Position numbers and translations under genes: made by a program. Positions 16,827 through 26,613 of a stretch of 32,000 nucleotides of DNA are shown piece after piece. Positions within the stretch are counted from its first letter, which is position 1, and every line of letters starts with the position of its first letter. Below the pieces are notes generated by a model that was not told the DNA's origin, did no database searches, and was given only the letters and a program-made list of their open reading frames with translations. Source of the stretch: Methanocaldococcus jannaschii DSM 2661 (lineage in GTDB: Archaea > AGJL01 > Methanococci > Methanococcales > Methanocaldococcaceae); contig NC_000909.1 in NCBI RefSeq assembly GCF_000091665.1, positions 60,001 to 92,000 on the forward strand. The letters run 5' to 3'.

Positions 16827-18484
16827 TGGATGTTGAGAAAAAACTCTTCCTAAAGGCTTTAAAAGAAAAGTTTGAAGAAGACCCAAAAGAAAAATACACC
16901 AAATTTTATATATTTGGAGGATGGAGACAGTCAGCAAGAAAAAGAGAGTTTGTTGAATTTGCTCAAAAATTAATTGAAAAGAGAGGAGGAATTCCATTCT
17001 ACAACCCAGACATTGGGGTTCCATTAGGGCAGAGAAAGTTAATGACCTACAAAATATCAGGAACTGATGCATTTGTTGAAGGGGATGATTTACACTTCTG
17101 TAATAACGCAGCAATACAGCAATTGGTTGATGATATTAAGAGAACTGTTATTGTAGGGATGGATACAGCTCACGCTGTCTTAGAGAAGAGATTAGGGGTA
17201 GAGGTTACACCAGAAACAATTAACGAATACATGGAAACAATTAACCACGCTTTACCAGGTGGAGCTGTTGTCCAAGAGCACATGGTTGAAGTCCATCCAG
17301 GTTTAGTTTGGGACTGTTACGCTAAGATATTCACAGGAAATGATGAATTAGCTGATGAAATTGACAAGAGATTTTTAATAGACATAAATAAAGAATTCCC
17401 AGAAGAACAAGCAGAGCAAATTAAGAAATATATTGGAAATAGGACTTACCAAGTAAGTAGGGTTCCTACAATAGTTGTTAGATGCTGTGATGGAGGGACT
17501 GTTTCAAGATGGAGTGCTATGCAAATAGGGATGAGTTTCATTACTGCCTATAAGTTATGTGCTGGAGAAGCTGCTATCGCTGACTTCTCATACGCTGCAA
17601 AGCACGCTGATGTCATTCAAATGGGTATGATACTGCCAGCAAGAAGAGCAAGAGGGCCTAATGAACCAGGAGGGGTGCCATTTGGAATATTCGCTGACAT
17701 AATACAGACTTCAAGAGTTTCAGATGACCCGGCACAGGTAACATTGGAGGTTATTGGTGCAGCAGCTACCTTTTATGACCAAGTTTGGTTAGGAAGCTAT
17801 ATGTCTGGAGGAGTAGGATTTACACAGTATGCGTCAGCAACATACACAGATGACATCTTAGATGATTTTGTTTATTATGGAATGGACTATGTTGAGAAGA
17901 AGTATGGATTATGTGGAGTTAAGCCAAGCATGGAGGTTGTTAAAGATATAGCAACTGAAGTTACATTATATGGATTAGAGCAGTATGATGAGTATCCAGC
18001 TTTATTAGAAGACCACTTTGGTGGGTCACAAAGAGCGGGGGTTACAGCGGCAGCAGCAGGATGTTCAGTAGCATTTGCAACAGGAAACTCAAATGCTGGA
18101 ATTAATGGATGGTATCTAAGCCAGATATTACATAAGGAGTATCACAGCAGATTAGGATTCTATGGTTATGACTTACAAGACCAGTGTGGAGCAGCTAACT
18201 CACTATCAATCAGAAGTGATGAAGGTTTATTGCATGAATGTAGAGGACCAAATTATCCAAACTACGCAATGAACGTTGGACATCAGCCAGAGTATGCTGG
18301 AATTGCCCAAGCTCCCCATGCGGCAAGGGGAGATGCATTTTGCTTAAACCCAATAATTAAGGTAGCGTTTGCTGACGACAACTTGATATTTGACTTCAAG
18401 TGGCCAAGAAAATGTATAGCTAAAGGGGCTCTAAGAGAGTTTGAGCCAGCTGGAGAGAGAGATTTAATCATTCCAGCAGCATAA
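16826..18484 (+). CDS. mrtA: Methyl-coenzyme M reductase isoenzyme II, alpha subunit
   Basis: 552 aa. [12 protein letters not shown]..., [28 protein letters not shown] and [11 protein letters not shown] are conserved MCR alpha active-site regions. Confidence 0.95.
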   Translation: MDVEKKLFLKALKEKFEEDPKEKYTKFYIFGGWRQSARKREFVEFAQKLIEKRGGIPFYNPDIGVPLGQRKLMTYKISGTDAFVEGDDLHFCNNAAIQQLVDDIKRTVIVGMDTAHAVLEKRLGVEVTPETINEYMETINHALPGGAVVQEHMVEVHPGLVWDCYAKIFTGNDELADEIDKRFLIDINKEFPEEQAEQIKKYIGNRTYQVSRVPTIVVRCCDGGTVSRWSAMQIGMSFITAYKLCAGEAAIADFSYAAKHADVIQMGMILPARRARGPNEPGGVPFGIFADIIQTSRVSDDPAQVTLEVIGAAATFYDQVWLGSYMSGGVGFTQYASATYTDDILDDFVYYGMDYVEKKYGLCGVKPSMEVVKDIATEVTLYGLEQYDEYPALLEDHFGGSQRAGVTAAAAGCSVAFATGNSNAGINGWYLSQILHKEYHSRLGFYGYDLQDQCGAANSLSIRSDEGLLHECRGPNYPNYAMNVGHQPEYAGIAQAPHAARGDAFCLNPIIKVAFADDNLIFDFKWPRKCIAKGALREFEPAGERDLIIPAA

Positions 18485-18505
18485 TCTTTATTATCTTATT
18501 TTAAG

Positions 18506-18516
18506 TTTTATTTTTT
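18506..18516 (+). terminator. Oligo-T tract (ttttatttttt), candidate archaeal terminator after mrtA
   Basis: It is the first long T-run, 22 nt after the mrtA stop, and more T-runs follow. Archaeal RNAP terminates at oligo-T. No experimental support is visible. Confidence 0.35.
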
Positions 18517-18745
18517 GGACTTTATTTTTAATTTTAAAATTTTAATTGGAGGGCATAATAATAGATTCAAACATTTTATCAAAAGTTTTAGATAAAATAA
18601 TATTAATGGAAGAGACTTTGAGATAGAGAATCAAGCTGTTGGCATAGTTTCAGACCAGTGTATGTTCCTCCACTTGTTAGAAAAAGATTTATACTAAATA
18701 AGATATTAGGTTTTAATTAAATTTAAATCAGACTGAGGGAGAGGT

Positions 18746-19495
18746 ATGAAAATCTCTATCTGTGGAAAGGGAGGCTGTGGAAAAAGCTCTATAACAACTT
18801 TATTGGCAAAGGAGTTTGCTAAAAAAGGACATAATGTCTTGGTTATTGATGGAGACGAATCTAATCTAAGTTTGCATAAATTGCTTGGTATGGATTTGCC
18901 AAAGGACTTTATAGAGTATCTTGGAGGACGAAAGGAGTTCATGAAGAAGTTGAGAGAAAAAATGGATGGTAAAGAAGTTGAGTTATTTGAGGGAGAGATA
19001 TCTATAGATTCTTTACCAAAAGAGTATTTAGTAGAGAAAGATAATATCAAACTTTTAGCAATTGGAAAAATCCATGATTTTGGAGAAGGTTGTGCATGTC
19101 CAATGGGTGCTTTGTTAAGAGAGTTTTTAAAATCTTTAAAGTTGAAGGATAAAGAGGTTGTTATCGTTGACACTGAAGCTGGAATAGAGCATTTTGGTAG
19201 AGGGGTTGAGGGAGGATGTGATGTTATTATTGCAATTATAGACCCAACCTATGAATCAATAAGATTATCTAAGAAGATAGAGGAAATTGGAGAGAAATTG
19301 GGTAAGAAGGTTTATTTCATAGTTAATAAGGTAGATGATGAGACAAAAGATTTAATTCTTGAAAATGTCAATAAAGATAAGGTTATTGCAGTTATTCCAA
19401 ACAATAAGGAGATTATGAAATGTGGATTAATGGGAGAGGAGTTAAATGCTGAATTATCTGAAATTAAAGATGTTGTAGAGATTTTAACTAAATAA
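18746..19495 (+). CDS. CooC-type (MinD/ParA-class) nickel-insertion accessory ATPase homolog
   Basis: It has a deviant Walker A (CGKGGCGKSS), VIDGDESN, and a CxC metal-binding motif (GEGCACPMG) characteristic of CooC/AcsF-type Ni chaperones. RBS gggagaggt precedes the ATG. Confidence 0.75.
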   Translation: MKISICGKGGCGKSSITTLLAKEFAKKGHNVLVIDGDESNLSLHKLLGMDLPKDFIEYLGGRKEFMKKLREKMDGKEVELFEGEISIDSLPKEYLVEKDNIKLLAIGKIHDFGEGCACPMGALLREFLKSLKLKDKEVVIVDTEAGIEHFGRGVEGGCDVIIAIIDPTYESIRLSKKIEEIGEKLGKKVYFIVNKVDDETKDLILENVNKDKVIAVIPNNKEIMKCGLMGEELNAELSEIKDVVEILTK

Positions 19496-19629
19496 CTTTT
19501 TTCTATTTTTTATATAATTTTTATGAATATTGATGTATTTTTAACGATTATTTTTGATAAACTACCGAAAAATATATATTAGATATTAAAAATTTTTGTT
19601 CATATCATATAGCCTAAAATGGTGACAAT

Positions 19630-20751
19630 ATGTTAAAGAAATTAATAGGTTTATTAACAATTCTAATTATTGCCGTAGGGTTTTGTGGATGTATGGAGCA
19701 GAATATAGAAAAACAAACTCCAACTGCAAGTGAAGCTCCTAACACCATAAAAGTTGTTGATTTGTATGGTAGAGAGGTTGAAGTGCCTAAAGAAGTTAAT
19801 AGGATTGTATGCTGTGGTCCAGGATGTTTAAGACTTATTGTCTATCTAAACGCAACGGATAAGGTTGTTGGAGTTGAAGATACTGAGAAGAAATGGACTC
19901 CATGGACAAGACCTTATAGAATTGCACATCCAGAGCTTGCTAACTTACCAACAATAGGGCAAGGAGGGCCTTGTCCAAAACCAAACCCAGAGGCTATAAT
20001 TCAGGTCAAACCAGATGTAATATTTGTTACATACATGCCAAAGGATGAAGTTGATGCATTACAGCAAAAAACTGGTATTCCAGTAGTTGTTTTAAGCTAT
20101 GGGCAGTTGGCAACATTCAACAACGAAGATTTATTTAAATCATTAGAGCTTGCAGGAAAAATATTGGGCAAAGAAGAGAGAGCTAAGGAGGTTATTGAAT
20201 TTATAAAGAACTGCCAAAATGATTTAAATGAGAGAACAAAAGATATTCCAGACGATAAGAAGCCAAGTGTCTATGTTGGAGGTATTGGATACAAAGGACT
20301 GCATGGAATTGACAGCACTGAGTGCAAATATCCACCATTTGTTGCTGTTAATGCAAAGAACGTTGCAGATGAGTTGGGTAAAGAGGGGCATGTATTTGTT
20401 ACTAAGGAGCAAATTCTAAAATGGAATCCAGATATAATATTCATTGATGAAGGAGGATTGAAGTTAGTTGTTGAAGACTATAAGAGAAATAAAGAATTTT
20501 ACAACTCATTAAAGGCATTTAAGAATGGAGATGTTTATGGTTTATTGCCATATAACTTCTACACAACAAATATAGGAACAGCTCTTGCTGATGCTTATTA
20601 TATAGGAAAAGTAGTTTATCCAGATAGATTTAAAGATATAGACCCAGAACAAAAAGCAGATGAGATATTTACCTTCTTGGTTGGAAAGCCAGTTTATAAA
20701 GAGATGAAAGAGAAATTGGGAGGATTTAAGAAATTAGAGTTTAGCAGCTAA
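19630..20751 (+). CDS. Substrate-binding protein of a Fec/Btu-type (cluster A-II) ABC transporter, lipoprotein-like
   Basis: The N-terminal signal has a Cys-rich lipobox-like end ([14 protein letters not shown]). KPDVIFV and WNPDIIFI are typical of PF01497 iron-siderophore/cobalamin binding proteins. GGTGA RBS. Confidence 0.8.
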
Positions 20752-20787
20752 TTTTTAATTTTTTATAATTTTTATTTTGGTGATAAA

Positions 20788-21906
20788 ATGCTTTTAAAAT
20801 CTCCAGATAAAAGCCCAGAGAAGATATTGAAGCTTTTTGATGAAGTTTATTCAAAAGCAAGGATTTTTTATTTGTTGAGGACAGCTATTGATTTAAATTT
20901 ATTTGAGTATTTAAGCAGTTTTAAAACTGCTAAGGAATTGGCAGAGATTTTAGACGCTGATTTGATTTTAATGGAGTATATGCTAAAAATCCTTAATGAA
21001 TTAGATTTAATTGAGAGTAAAGTTGTAAGTGAAAGAATTTATTACAAAAATGCTGAAATAACCAACATCTATCTGAAAAAGGATTCAAATTATAGCATAA
21101 TCAATCCAATATACAGCTATTTTGAGAATATTAAAAATTGGGAAAATTTAGCTGATATTTTAAAAAATAAATCCAACTGCTCAAATATGGATGTTGATAA
21201 CTTTTTTCCAAAGGTTGTTAGGAGAATGGCAGATGAATGCAAGTGCTGGGAGTTGCAGAAGGTTTTAAATTACATGGCAAAATATGAGGAGTTTAAAAAC
21301 GCCAAAAAACTTCTTGATTTGGCTGGAGGACATGGATTGTATGCAATTGGATTTAGCATGTTAAACAGAAATTTAAAGTGCTATGTCTTTGATTTACCAA
21401 ATGTTATTGAAGAAACCAAAAAATTTATCAAAAAATACAATGCAAAAAACGTCTTCACAATTACTGGAGATTTTTATAAGGATGATATCGGAAAGGGCTA
21501 CGATATAATATTCTGCTCATATAATCCAGGTGGAAAAAATCCAAAGATTGCAGAGAAGGTTTATAATGCCTTAAATGAAGGAGGTTTATTTATAAATAAG
21601 CAATTCTTTCCAGATAAGGAAGAGGGTATTGAAGACTATATAAACAACATGGAATGGAACTTCTCTAAACCAGAAGGGCTTAAGAAGGGTAAAATAAGAT
21701 ACACATTTGAAGGAGATTTAAATCTCAATGATTATTTAAAATACTTAGAAGATTTAGGTTTTAAAATCTTGGAAGTTGTTGATATGTCAGAACTTTTAGG
21801 ACTTGACGAAAACTCTTCGAGTTTTCGTAAGTCAGCGAATCCTTCGGATTCGCTTCGATTTAAAGATAATTCACCAGCAAAGATGATTGTTGCTAAAAAG
21901 CTTTAA
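20788..21906 (+). CDS. Class I SAM-dependent methyltransferase of the O-methyltransferase (family 2)-like type, with an N-terminal winged-helix/dimerisation domain
   Basis: SAM motif I is LLDLAGGHGLYAIGF, followed by an acidic loop VFDLPNV and then GDFYKDD. The N-terminal ~90 aa resemble the OMT dimerisation domain. The C-terminus carries a 48-nt palindromic insertion. Confidence 0.7.
   Translation: MLLKSPDKSPEKILKLFDEVYSKARIFYLLRTAIDLNLFEYLSSFKTAKELAEILDADLILMEYMLKILNELDLIESKVVSERIYYKNAEITNIYLKKDSNYSIINPIYSYFENIKNWENLADILKNKSNCSNMDVDNFFPKVVRRMADECKCWELQKVLNYMAKYEEFKNAKKLLDLAGGHGLYAIGFSMLNRNLKCYVFDLPNVIEETKKFIKKYNAKNVFTITGDFYKDDIGKGYDIIFCSYNPGGKNPKIAEKVYNALNEGGLFINKQFFPDKEEGIEDYINNMEWNFSKPEGLKKGKIRYTFEGDLNLNDYLKYLEDLGFKILEVVDMSELLGLDENSSSFRKSANPSDSLRFKDNSPAKMIVAKKL
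21807..21854. repeat. In-frame 48-nt double-hairpin palindromic element inside the methyltransferase CDS
   Basis: Hairpin A is cgaaaactc-ttc-gagttttcg (21807-21827). Hairpin B is agcgaatcc-ttc-ggattcgct (21834-21854). Both have perfect 9-bp stems with TTC loops. The element translates as about ENSSSFRKSANPSDSL. The stem motifs gaaaact and aatcc recur at 30787-30894. Confidence 0.8.
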
Positions 21907-21929
21907 AATAATTCAAAAAATGTGATAGT

Positions 21930-22979
21930 ATGGACATCCCACAGAAATATAAGTTATATACAAAAAAGAAGATAATTTTTGGGATTATTTTACTTATAAC
22001 TTTATTTTTAAGCTCAATTTATGCCTTATGCGTAGGAGACTATAAATTAACTGTTAATCAGGTTGTAAATGCCTTAATGGGTTATGGAAAAGATGATATA
22101 AACTTAGTTATTTGGAATATCAGACTGCCAAGGATATTTGCCGCAATAATATCTGGAATGTCTTTAGCTGTAGCTGGGGCAGTTATGCAGTGCATTTTAA
22201 GAAACCCATTGGCAAGCCCATTTACGATGGGAATTTCACATGGAGCAATGTTTGGTGCATGTTTTGCCATAATCATGTTTGGTTTTGGAGGGGCTGAGAG
22301 CACTGGAAGAATATTTATAAACAACCCATACATGATAACAATCTTTGCATTCTTAGGGGCTTTGATTGGTGTTGTTGTAATCTTATTACTTGCTAAGTTG
22401 AGGGGATTAACTCCAGAGGCCATGATTTTAGCTGGAGTTGCTATGAGCTCTCTATTTACAGCTGGAACTATGCTCATCCAATACTTTGCAGATGATTTGC
22501 AGTTGGCGGCAATGGTTTATTGGACTTTTGGAGACTTGGGAAGAGCTATATGGACAGAGATTTATATCATGGCTGCAGTTATGATTCCCTCTTTAATATA
22601 TTTCATGTATAAAAGGTGGGATTACAATGCCTTAGAGGCTGGAGAAGAGACAGCTAAATCCTTAGGAGTTAATACAGAGAGGACAAGATTGATTGGCATG
22701 CTTGTAGCTTCATTATTAACATCAGTAAATGTAGCATTCTTGGGAATAATTGGATTTGTTGGTTTAATCTGCCCACATATAGTTAGGATTTGCATTGGAG
22801 GAGATTACAGGTTTTTAATTCCAATCTCTGCATTGTTTGGGGCTGTTTTATTGCTTATTGCTGATACGTTTGCAAGGACAATAATTGCTCCGATAGTGTT
22901 GCCAGTTGGGATTTTAACATCTTTCTTAGGAGCTCCGATGTTTCTTTACTTGCTGTTAAAGATGTATAAAAGAGTATAA
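21930..22979 (+). CDS. FecCD/BtuC-family ABC transporter permease
   Basis: 349 aa with about 9-10 TM segments. RLPRIFAAIISGMSLAVAGAVMQCILRNPLASPFTMGISHGA is the family signature region. Confidence 0.9.
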   Translation: MDIPQKYKLYTKKKIIFGIILLITLFLSSIYALCVGDYKLTVNQVVNALMGYGKDDINLVIWNIRLPRIFAAIISGMSLAVAGAVMQCILRNPLASPFTMGISHGAMFGACFAIIMFGFGGAESTGRIFINNPYMITIFAFLGALIGVVVILLLAKLRGLTPEAMILAGVAMSSLFTAGTMLIQYFADDLQLAAMVYWTFGDLGRAIWTEIYIMAAVMIPSLIYFMYKRWDYNALEAGEETAKSLGVNTERTRLIGMLVASLLTSVNVAFLGIIGFVGLICPHIVRICIGGDYRFLIPISALFGAVLLLIADTFARTIIAPIVLPVGILTSFLGAPMFLYLLLKMYKRV

Positions 22980-23018
22980 TAATAGTATATTATTAGTTTG
23001 CCAAATATTTGGGGTGGA

Positions 23019-23540
23019 ATGTTGGAAAAAACTGTAAAAATAACCTTTATCTTCGAATCAGAAAAAAGGTTGAACTGGGAAGGTTATGTAAATTATTTAA
23101 TATTTGCTCATTATTTTAAATTAATTTATATTTTATTGAGAAACAATAAAGAACTTTTAGAGAGGATTTTAAAGGATTCTCTGGATAATAAAGAAGACTA
23201 TCATAAATTAGGGAAGTATTTGCATCATGATATAATGGGATATATTAGAAGACATGGATATCTCTCATTTCTACCTTTTACTCCACTTCCATTTTATAAA
23301 GAGCTATGTGAAAAATTCATGACTAAAATTCCAGAAAAGCCAATAATTGATTATAAATGCATTGAGAGAATTGAAAATAATAAGATAATCTTTGAGTTTG
23401 AAGGAGAGGAGGAGTGTTTAAGATGTTTAATGTATTTAAAAGATTCATCCATAGATGAATCAATTAAAGTTATAAAATCAGAAGAAATGGTAGTTAAAAT
23501 ATTGGAAATTTTGCTATATATCTTGCATAATTTATTATAG
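23019..23540 (+). CDS. Hypothetical protein embedded in the ABC transporter operon
   Basis: The track start is TTG 22998; ATG 23019 follows ggggtgg. About 173 aa with no motif I recognise. It ends 9 nt before the ATPase ATG. Confidence 0.5.
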   Translation: MLEKTVKITFIFESEKRLNWEGYVNYLIFAHYFKLIYILLRNNKELLERILKDSLDNKEDYHKLGKYLHHDIMGYIRRHGYLSFLPFTPLPFYKELCEKFMTKIPEKPIIDYKCIERIENNKIIFEFEGEEECLRCLMYLKDSSIDESIKVIKSEEMVVKILEILLYILHNLL

Positions 23541-23549
23541 GTGAGTTTA

Positions 23550-24305
23550 ATGATTCTCTCTGTTGATGGAGTTGAATTTGCATATAAAAGTAGGCAAATA
23601 CTAAACAACATAAAATTTGAGGTTAAAAGAGGAGAGGTTGTTTCTATTTTAGGAGTTAATGGAGCTGGGAAATCTACCTTATTAAAATGTATAAATAAAA
23701 TCTTAAAGCCAAAGAGAGGGACAATATTGATTGATAATTTTGATATAAAGAATTTAGATAATCTTGAATTAGCTAAGAAAGTTGGTTATGTTCCACAGAG
23801 AGCTGAAGGAAATTACATGACTGTATTTGATGCTGTTTTGTTGGGAAGGAAGCCACATATAAAATGGGAAGTCTCTGATAGAGATATAGAGATAACTCAC
23901 AAGGTTTTAAAGCTTTTAAACTTAGAGGATTATGCTCTAAGATATACGAATGAGTTGAGTGGTGGAGAACTGCAAAAGGTAATAATAGCAAGGGCTTTAG
24001 TGCAAGAGCCTCAAATATTACTTTTAGATGAGCCAACAAACAACTTAGATTTAAAGAATCAGTTGGAGGTTATGAAAATCATTATGGATATATCAAAATC
24101 TCAAAACATAGCCTCAATTGTAGTTATGCATGATTTAAATTTGGCTTTAAGATACTCCGATAAATTTATAATGCTAAAGGATGGAGTTATATATGCTGAA
24201 GGAGGGAGAGAAGTTATAAATCCAGAGAATATTAAAGCAGTTTATGGAGTCGATGCTTATATTGAAAATGTTAGAGGGATTCCTGTAGTTGTTCCAATAG
24301 GATAA
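23550..24305 (+). CDS. ABC transporter ATP-binding protein (FepC/BtuD-like)
   Basis: Walker A is GVNGAGKST, signature LSGGELQ, Walker B ILLLDEPT and H-loop VMHDLN. ATG 23550 follows aggtga (the track start is GTG 23541). Confidence 0.92.
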   Translation: MILSVDGVEFAYKSRQILNNIKFEVKRGEVVSILGVNGAGKSTLLKCINKILKPKRGTILIDNFDIKNLDNLELAKKVGYVPQRAEGNYMTVFDAVLLGRKPHIKWEVSDRDIEITHKVLKLLNLEDYALRYTNELSGGELQKVIIARALVQEPQILLLDEPTNNLDLKNQLEVMKIIMDISKSQNIASIVVMHDLNLALRYSDKFIMLKDGVIYAEGGREVINPENIKAVYGVDAYIENVRGIPVVVPIG

Positions 24306-24394
24306 TCTTTTTTATATAATGAGGTCATATTGGTTATTGCTATTTTATACTTCAAATATAATTTAAAATTTAAAAAAATTTCTAAGTGATGGTT

Positions 24395-25609
24395 ATGGTA
24401 GAGCTTTTATCTCCAGCTAATGATTTAACATGTCTAAAAACAGCTATTGATTATGGAGCAGATGCAGTTTATTGCGGATTGAAAGAGCTAAACATGAGAG
24501 CAAATGCAAAAAACTTTACAAGAGAGGAGTTAATAGAAGGAATTAAATACGCTCACGATAATAATAAAAAGGTTTATCTCTGCACAAATACGGTTGTTTA
24601 TGAAAATGATTTAAAGAAAGTTGAGGAAATTTTAGATTTTGCAAATTCTGCTGAAGTTGATGCAGTTATAGTTAGTGATTTGGGAACTATGCAGTTAGCT
24701 AATGAATTAGGGCTGAGAGTTCATGCAAGTGTTCAATGCAACGTAACAAACTCCTTAACAGCCAAGTTTTATTCAAAGTTTGCTAAAAGAGTTATATTAT
24801 CAAGAGAACTAACCTTAAATCAAATAAAAGAGATTAGAGAAAATTTAAAGAAGGATAAAGTAGATTTAGAGCTTGAGGGCTTTGTTCATGGTGCTTTATG
24901 TGTTGCTATAAGTGGAAGATGCTTTTTAAGCTCCTATTTATTTGGAAGACATGCAAACTGTGGAGACTGCCTACAACCATGTAGAAGAAAGTGGAAGTTG
25001 ATTAATGAGCATCATGACGGCACTTATGAGATAGTTTGTGAAGGGAAATATCTTTTATCTCCAAAGGATTTATGTATGATAGAACACATCCCAGAGTTAA
25101 TGGAGGTTTTTGATTCATTTAAGATAGAGGGTAGAGCTAAAAATGCCGATTATGTGATGAGAACTACAAAGATTTATAGGGAAGCAATAGATAGCGTTTT
25201 AGACGGCAGTTATTATGATAAGCTTGAATATTTCAAAAAAGAGCTTCAGAAGGTCTATAATAGGAGCTATGATACTGGATTTTACTTTAGAGATATAAAT
25301 AAAAATCACGACTTCCAATATGAGATTGAAGGAAATGCATCAAAGTATAGAAAGATTGAGATTGGAAGAGTTGTTAATTTTTACAAAAAGGTTAGTGTGG
25401 CAGAGATTGAGCTATGGCATGATTTAAAAATTGGAGATACCATATTAATAATTGGAAAAACTACTGGCTGTGTTGAGGAGGTTGTTAAATCAATGCAGAT
25501 AAACCATAAAGATGTTGAAATTGCTAAAAAAGGAGAGAGGGTCGGAGTTAAGCTAAATCACTTAGTTAGAGAGGGAGATAGGGTTTATCTATTAAAGGAG
25601 ACAATATAA
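24395..25609 (+). CDS. Peptidase U32 family protein
   Basis: VELLSPAN...AIDYGADAVYCG and EGFVHGALCVAISGRCFLSSY are U32 family hallmarks. The start is ambiguous (GTG 24386, ATG 24389 or ATG 24395). Confidence 0.85.
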   Translation: MVELLSPANDLTCLKTAIDYGADAVYCGLKELNMRANAKNFTREELIEGIKYAHDNNKKVYLCTNTVVYENDLKKVEEILDFANSAEVDAVIVSDLGTMQLANELGLRVHASVQCNVTNSLTAKFYSKFAKRVILSRELTLNQIKEIRENLKKDKVDLELEGFVHGALCVAISGRCFLSSYLFGRHANCGDCLQPCRRKWKLINEHHDGTYEIVCEGKYLLSPKDLCMIEHIPELMEVFDSFKIEGRAKNADYVMRTTKIYREAIDSVLDGSYYDKLEYFKKELQKVYNRSYDTGFYFRDINKNHDFQYEIEGNASKYRKIEIGRVVNFYKKVSVAEIELWHDLKIGDTILIIGKTTGCVEEVVKSMQINHKDVEIAKKGERVGVKLNHLVREGDRVYLLKETI

Positions 25610-25704
25610 ATACAATATGGATGAACTGAAAATTTTGCTTAAGTTTAAATATTATTGCAGAATATATTCAAAAACAAACTTTAATTAATTTAGTAGGGAT
25701 AAGA

Positions 25705-26613
25705 ATGCTAATTTTAGGGGTTGGTTATTTTCTATTAGGGCTTATTCTACTGTATTATGGGAGCGATTGGTTTGTCTTAGGAAGTGAGAGGATAGCAAGG
25801 CATTTTAATGTGTCAAACTTTGTCATTGGAGCTACGGTTATGGCTATTGGAACATCTCTGCCAGAGATATTAACATCTGCTTATGCTTCTTATATGCATG
25901 CTCCGGGCATATCAATAGGAAATGCCATTGGTTCTTGTATCTGCAATATAGGTTTAGTCCTTGGCTTAAGTGCAATTATAAGTCCAATAATAGTTGATAA
26001 AAACTTACAAAAGAATATATTAGTTTATCTTCTATTTGTTATATTTGCTGCAGTTATAGGAATTGATGGATTTTCATGGATTGATGGAGTTGTTTTGCTA
26101 ATTTTATTTATTATCTACTTAAGATGGACTGTAAAGAATGGAAGTGCTGAGATAGAAGAAAATAATGATAAAAACAACCCTTCAGTAGTGTTCTCCTTAG
26201 TTTTGTTAATAATTGGGTTAATTGGTGTTTTAGTTGGAGCTGAATTATTTGTTGATGGAGCAAAGAAGATAGCGTTAGCTTTAGATATATCTGATAAGGT
26301 TATTGGATTTACCTTAGTGGCATTTGGAACATCTCTACCAGAGTTAATGGTTTCCTTAGCAGCAGCAAAGAGAAACCTTGGAGGCATGGTCTTAGGAAAT
26401 GTCATTGGAAGTAACATAGCTGATATTGGTGGCGCTTTGGCAGTTGGAAGTTTATTTATGCATCTCCCAGCGGAAAATGTACAAATGGCTGTGTTGGTAA
26501 TTATGAGCCTTTTACTCTATTTATTTGCAAAATACTCAAAGATTGGTAGATGGCAAGGAATTTTATTTTTAGCTCTATATATAATTGCAATAGCTTCTTT
26601 GAGGATGGGATAA
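25705..26613 (+). CDS. Na+/Ca2+ exchanger (CaCA/YrbG family, NCX_Mj-like)
   Basis: 302 aa with 10 TM-like segments and two alpha-repeat signatures (GTSLPEILTS and GTSLPELMVS). It matches my recollection of the structurally characterised M. jannaschii exchanger. Confidence 0.9.
   Translation: MLILGVGYFLLGLILLYYGSDWFVLGSERIARHFNVSNFVIGATVMAIGTSLPEILTSAYASYMHAPGISIGNAIGSCICNIGLVLGLSAIISPIIVDKNLQKNILVYLLFVIFAAVIGIDGFSWIDGVVLLILFIIYLRWTVKNGSAEIEENNDKNNPSVVFSLVLLIIGLIGVLVGAELFVDGAKKIALALDISDKVIGFTLVAFGTSLPELMVSLAAAKRNLGGMVLGNVIGSNIADIGGALAVGSLFMHLPAENVQMAVLVIMSLLLYLFAKYSKIGRWQGILFLALYIIAIASLRMG

Noticed and set aside
16216-17114. ORFs 16216-16410 (+), 16328-16564 (-) and 16812-17114 (-) inside mrtG/mrtA
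   Set aside because: They are embedded in highly conserved MCR subunit genes in alternative frames, have no RBS and show implausible composition. The same reasoning applies to 18283-18471 (-).
18706-19173. 155-aa minus-strand ORF overlapping the CooC-like gene
   Set aside because: It is the antisense shadow of a gene with clear Walker A and CxC motifs. The translation is S/F/P/K-rich low-complexity sequence with no start context.
22082-22477. ORFs 22082-22477 (-) and 22112-22297 (+) inside the permease gene, and similar shadow ORFs elsewhere
   Set aside because: All lie within or antisense to stronger, motif-bearing genes and have biased compositions. The other shadow ORFs are 1711-1911, 2052-2255, 3714-4061, 4516-4710, 6049-6530, 7638-7880, 10968-11168, 11571-11759, 12869-13822, 20224-20419, 23351-23611, 23773-24039, 26115-26417, 27024-27224 and 31121-31402.
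26550-26612. N-terminal extension of tfrB proposed by the ORF track (start 26550)
   Set aside because: It overlaps the last 21 codons of the exchanger gene. MIKITVKRF at 26613 is the typical FrdB/SdhB-type N-terminus and uses the TAATG coupling junction.
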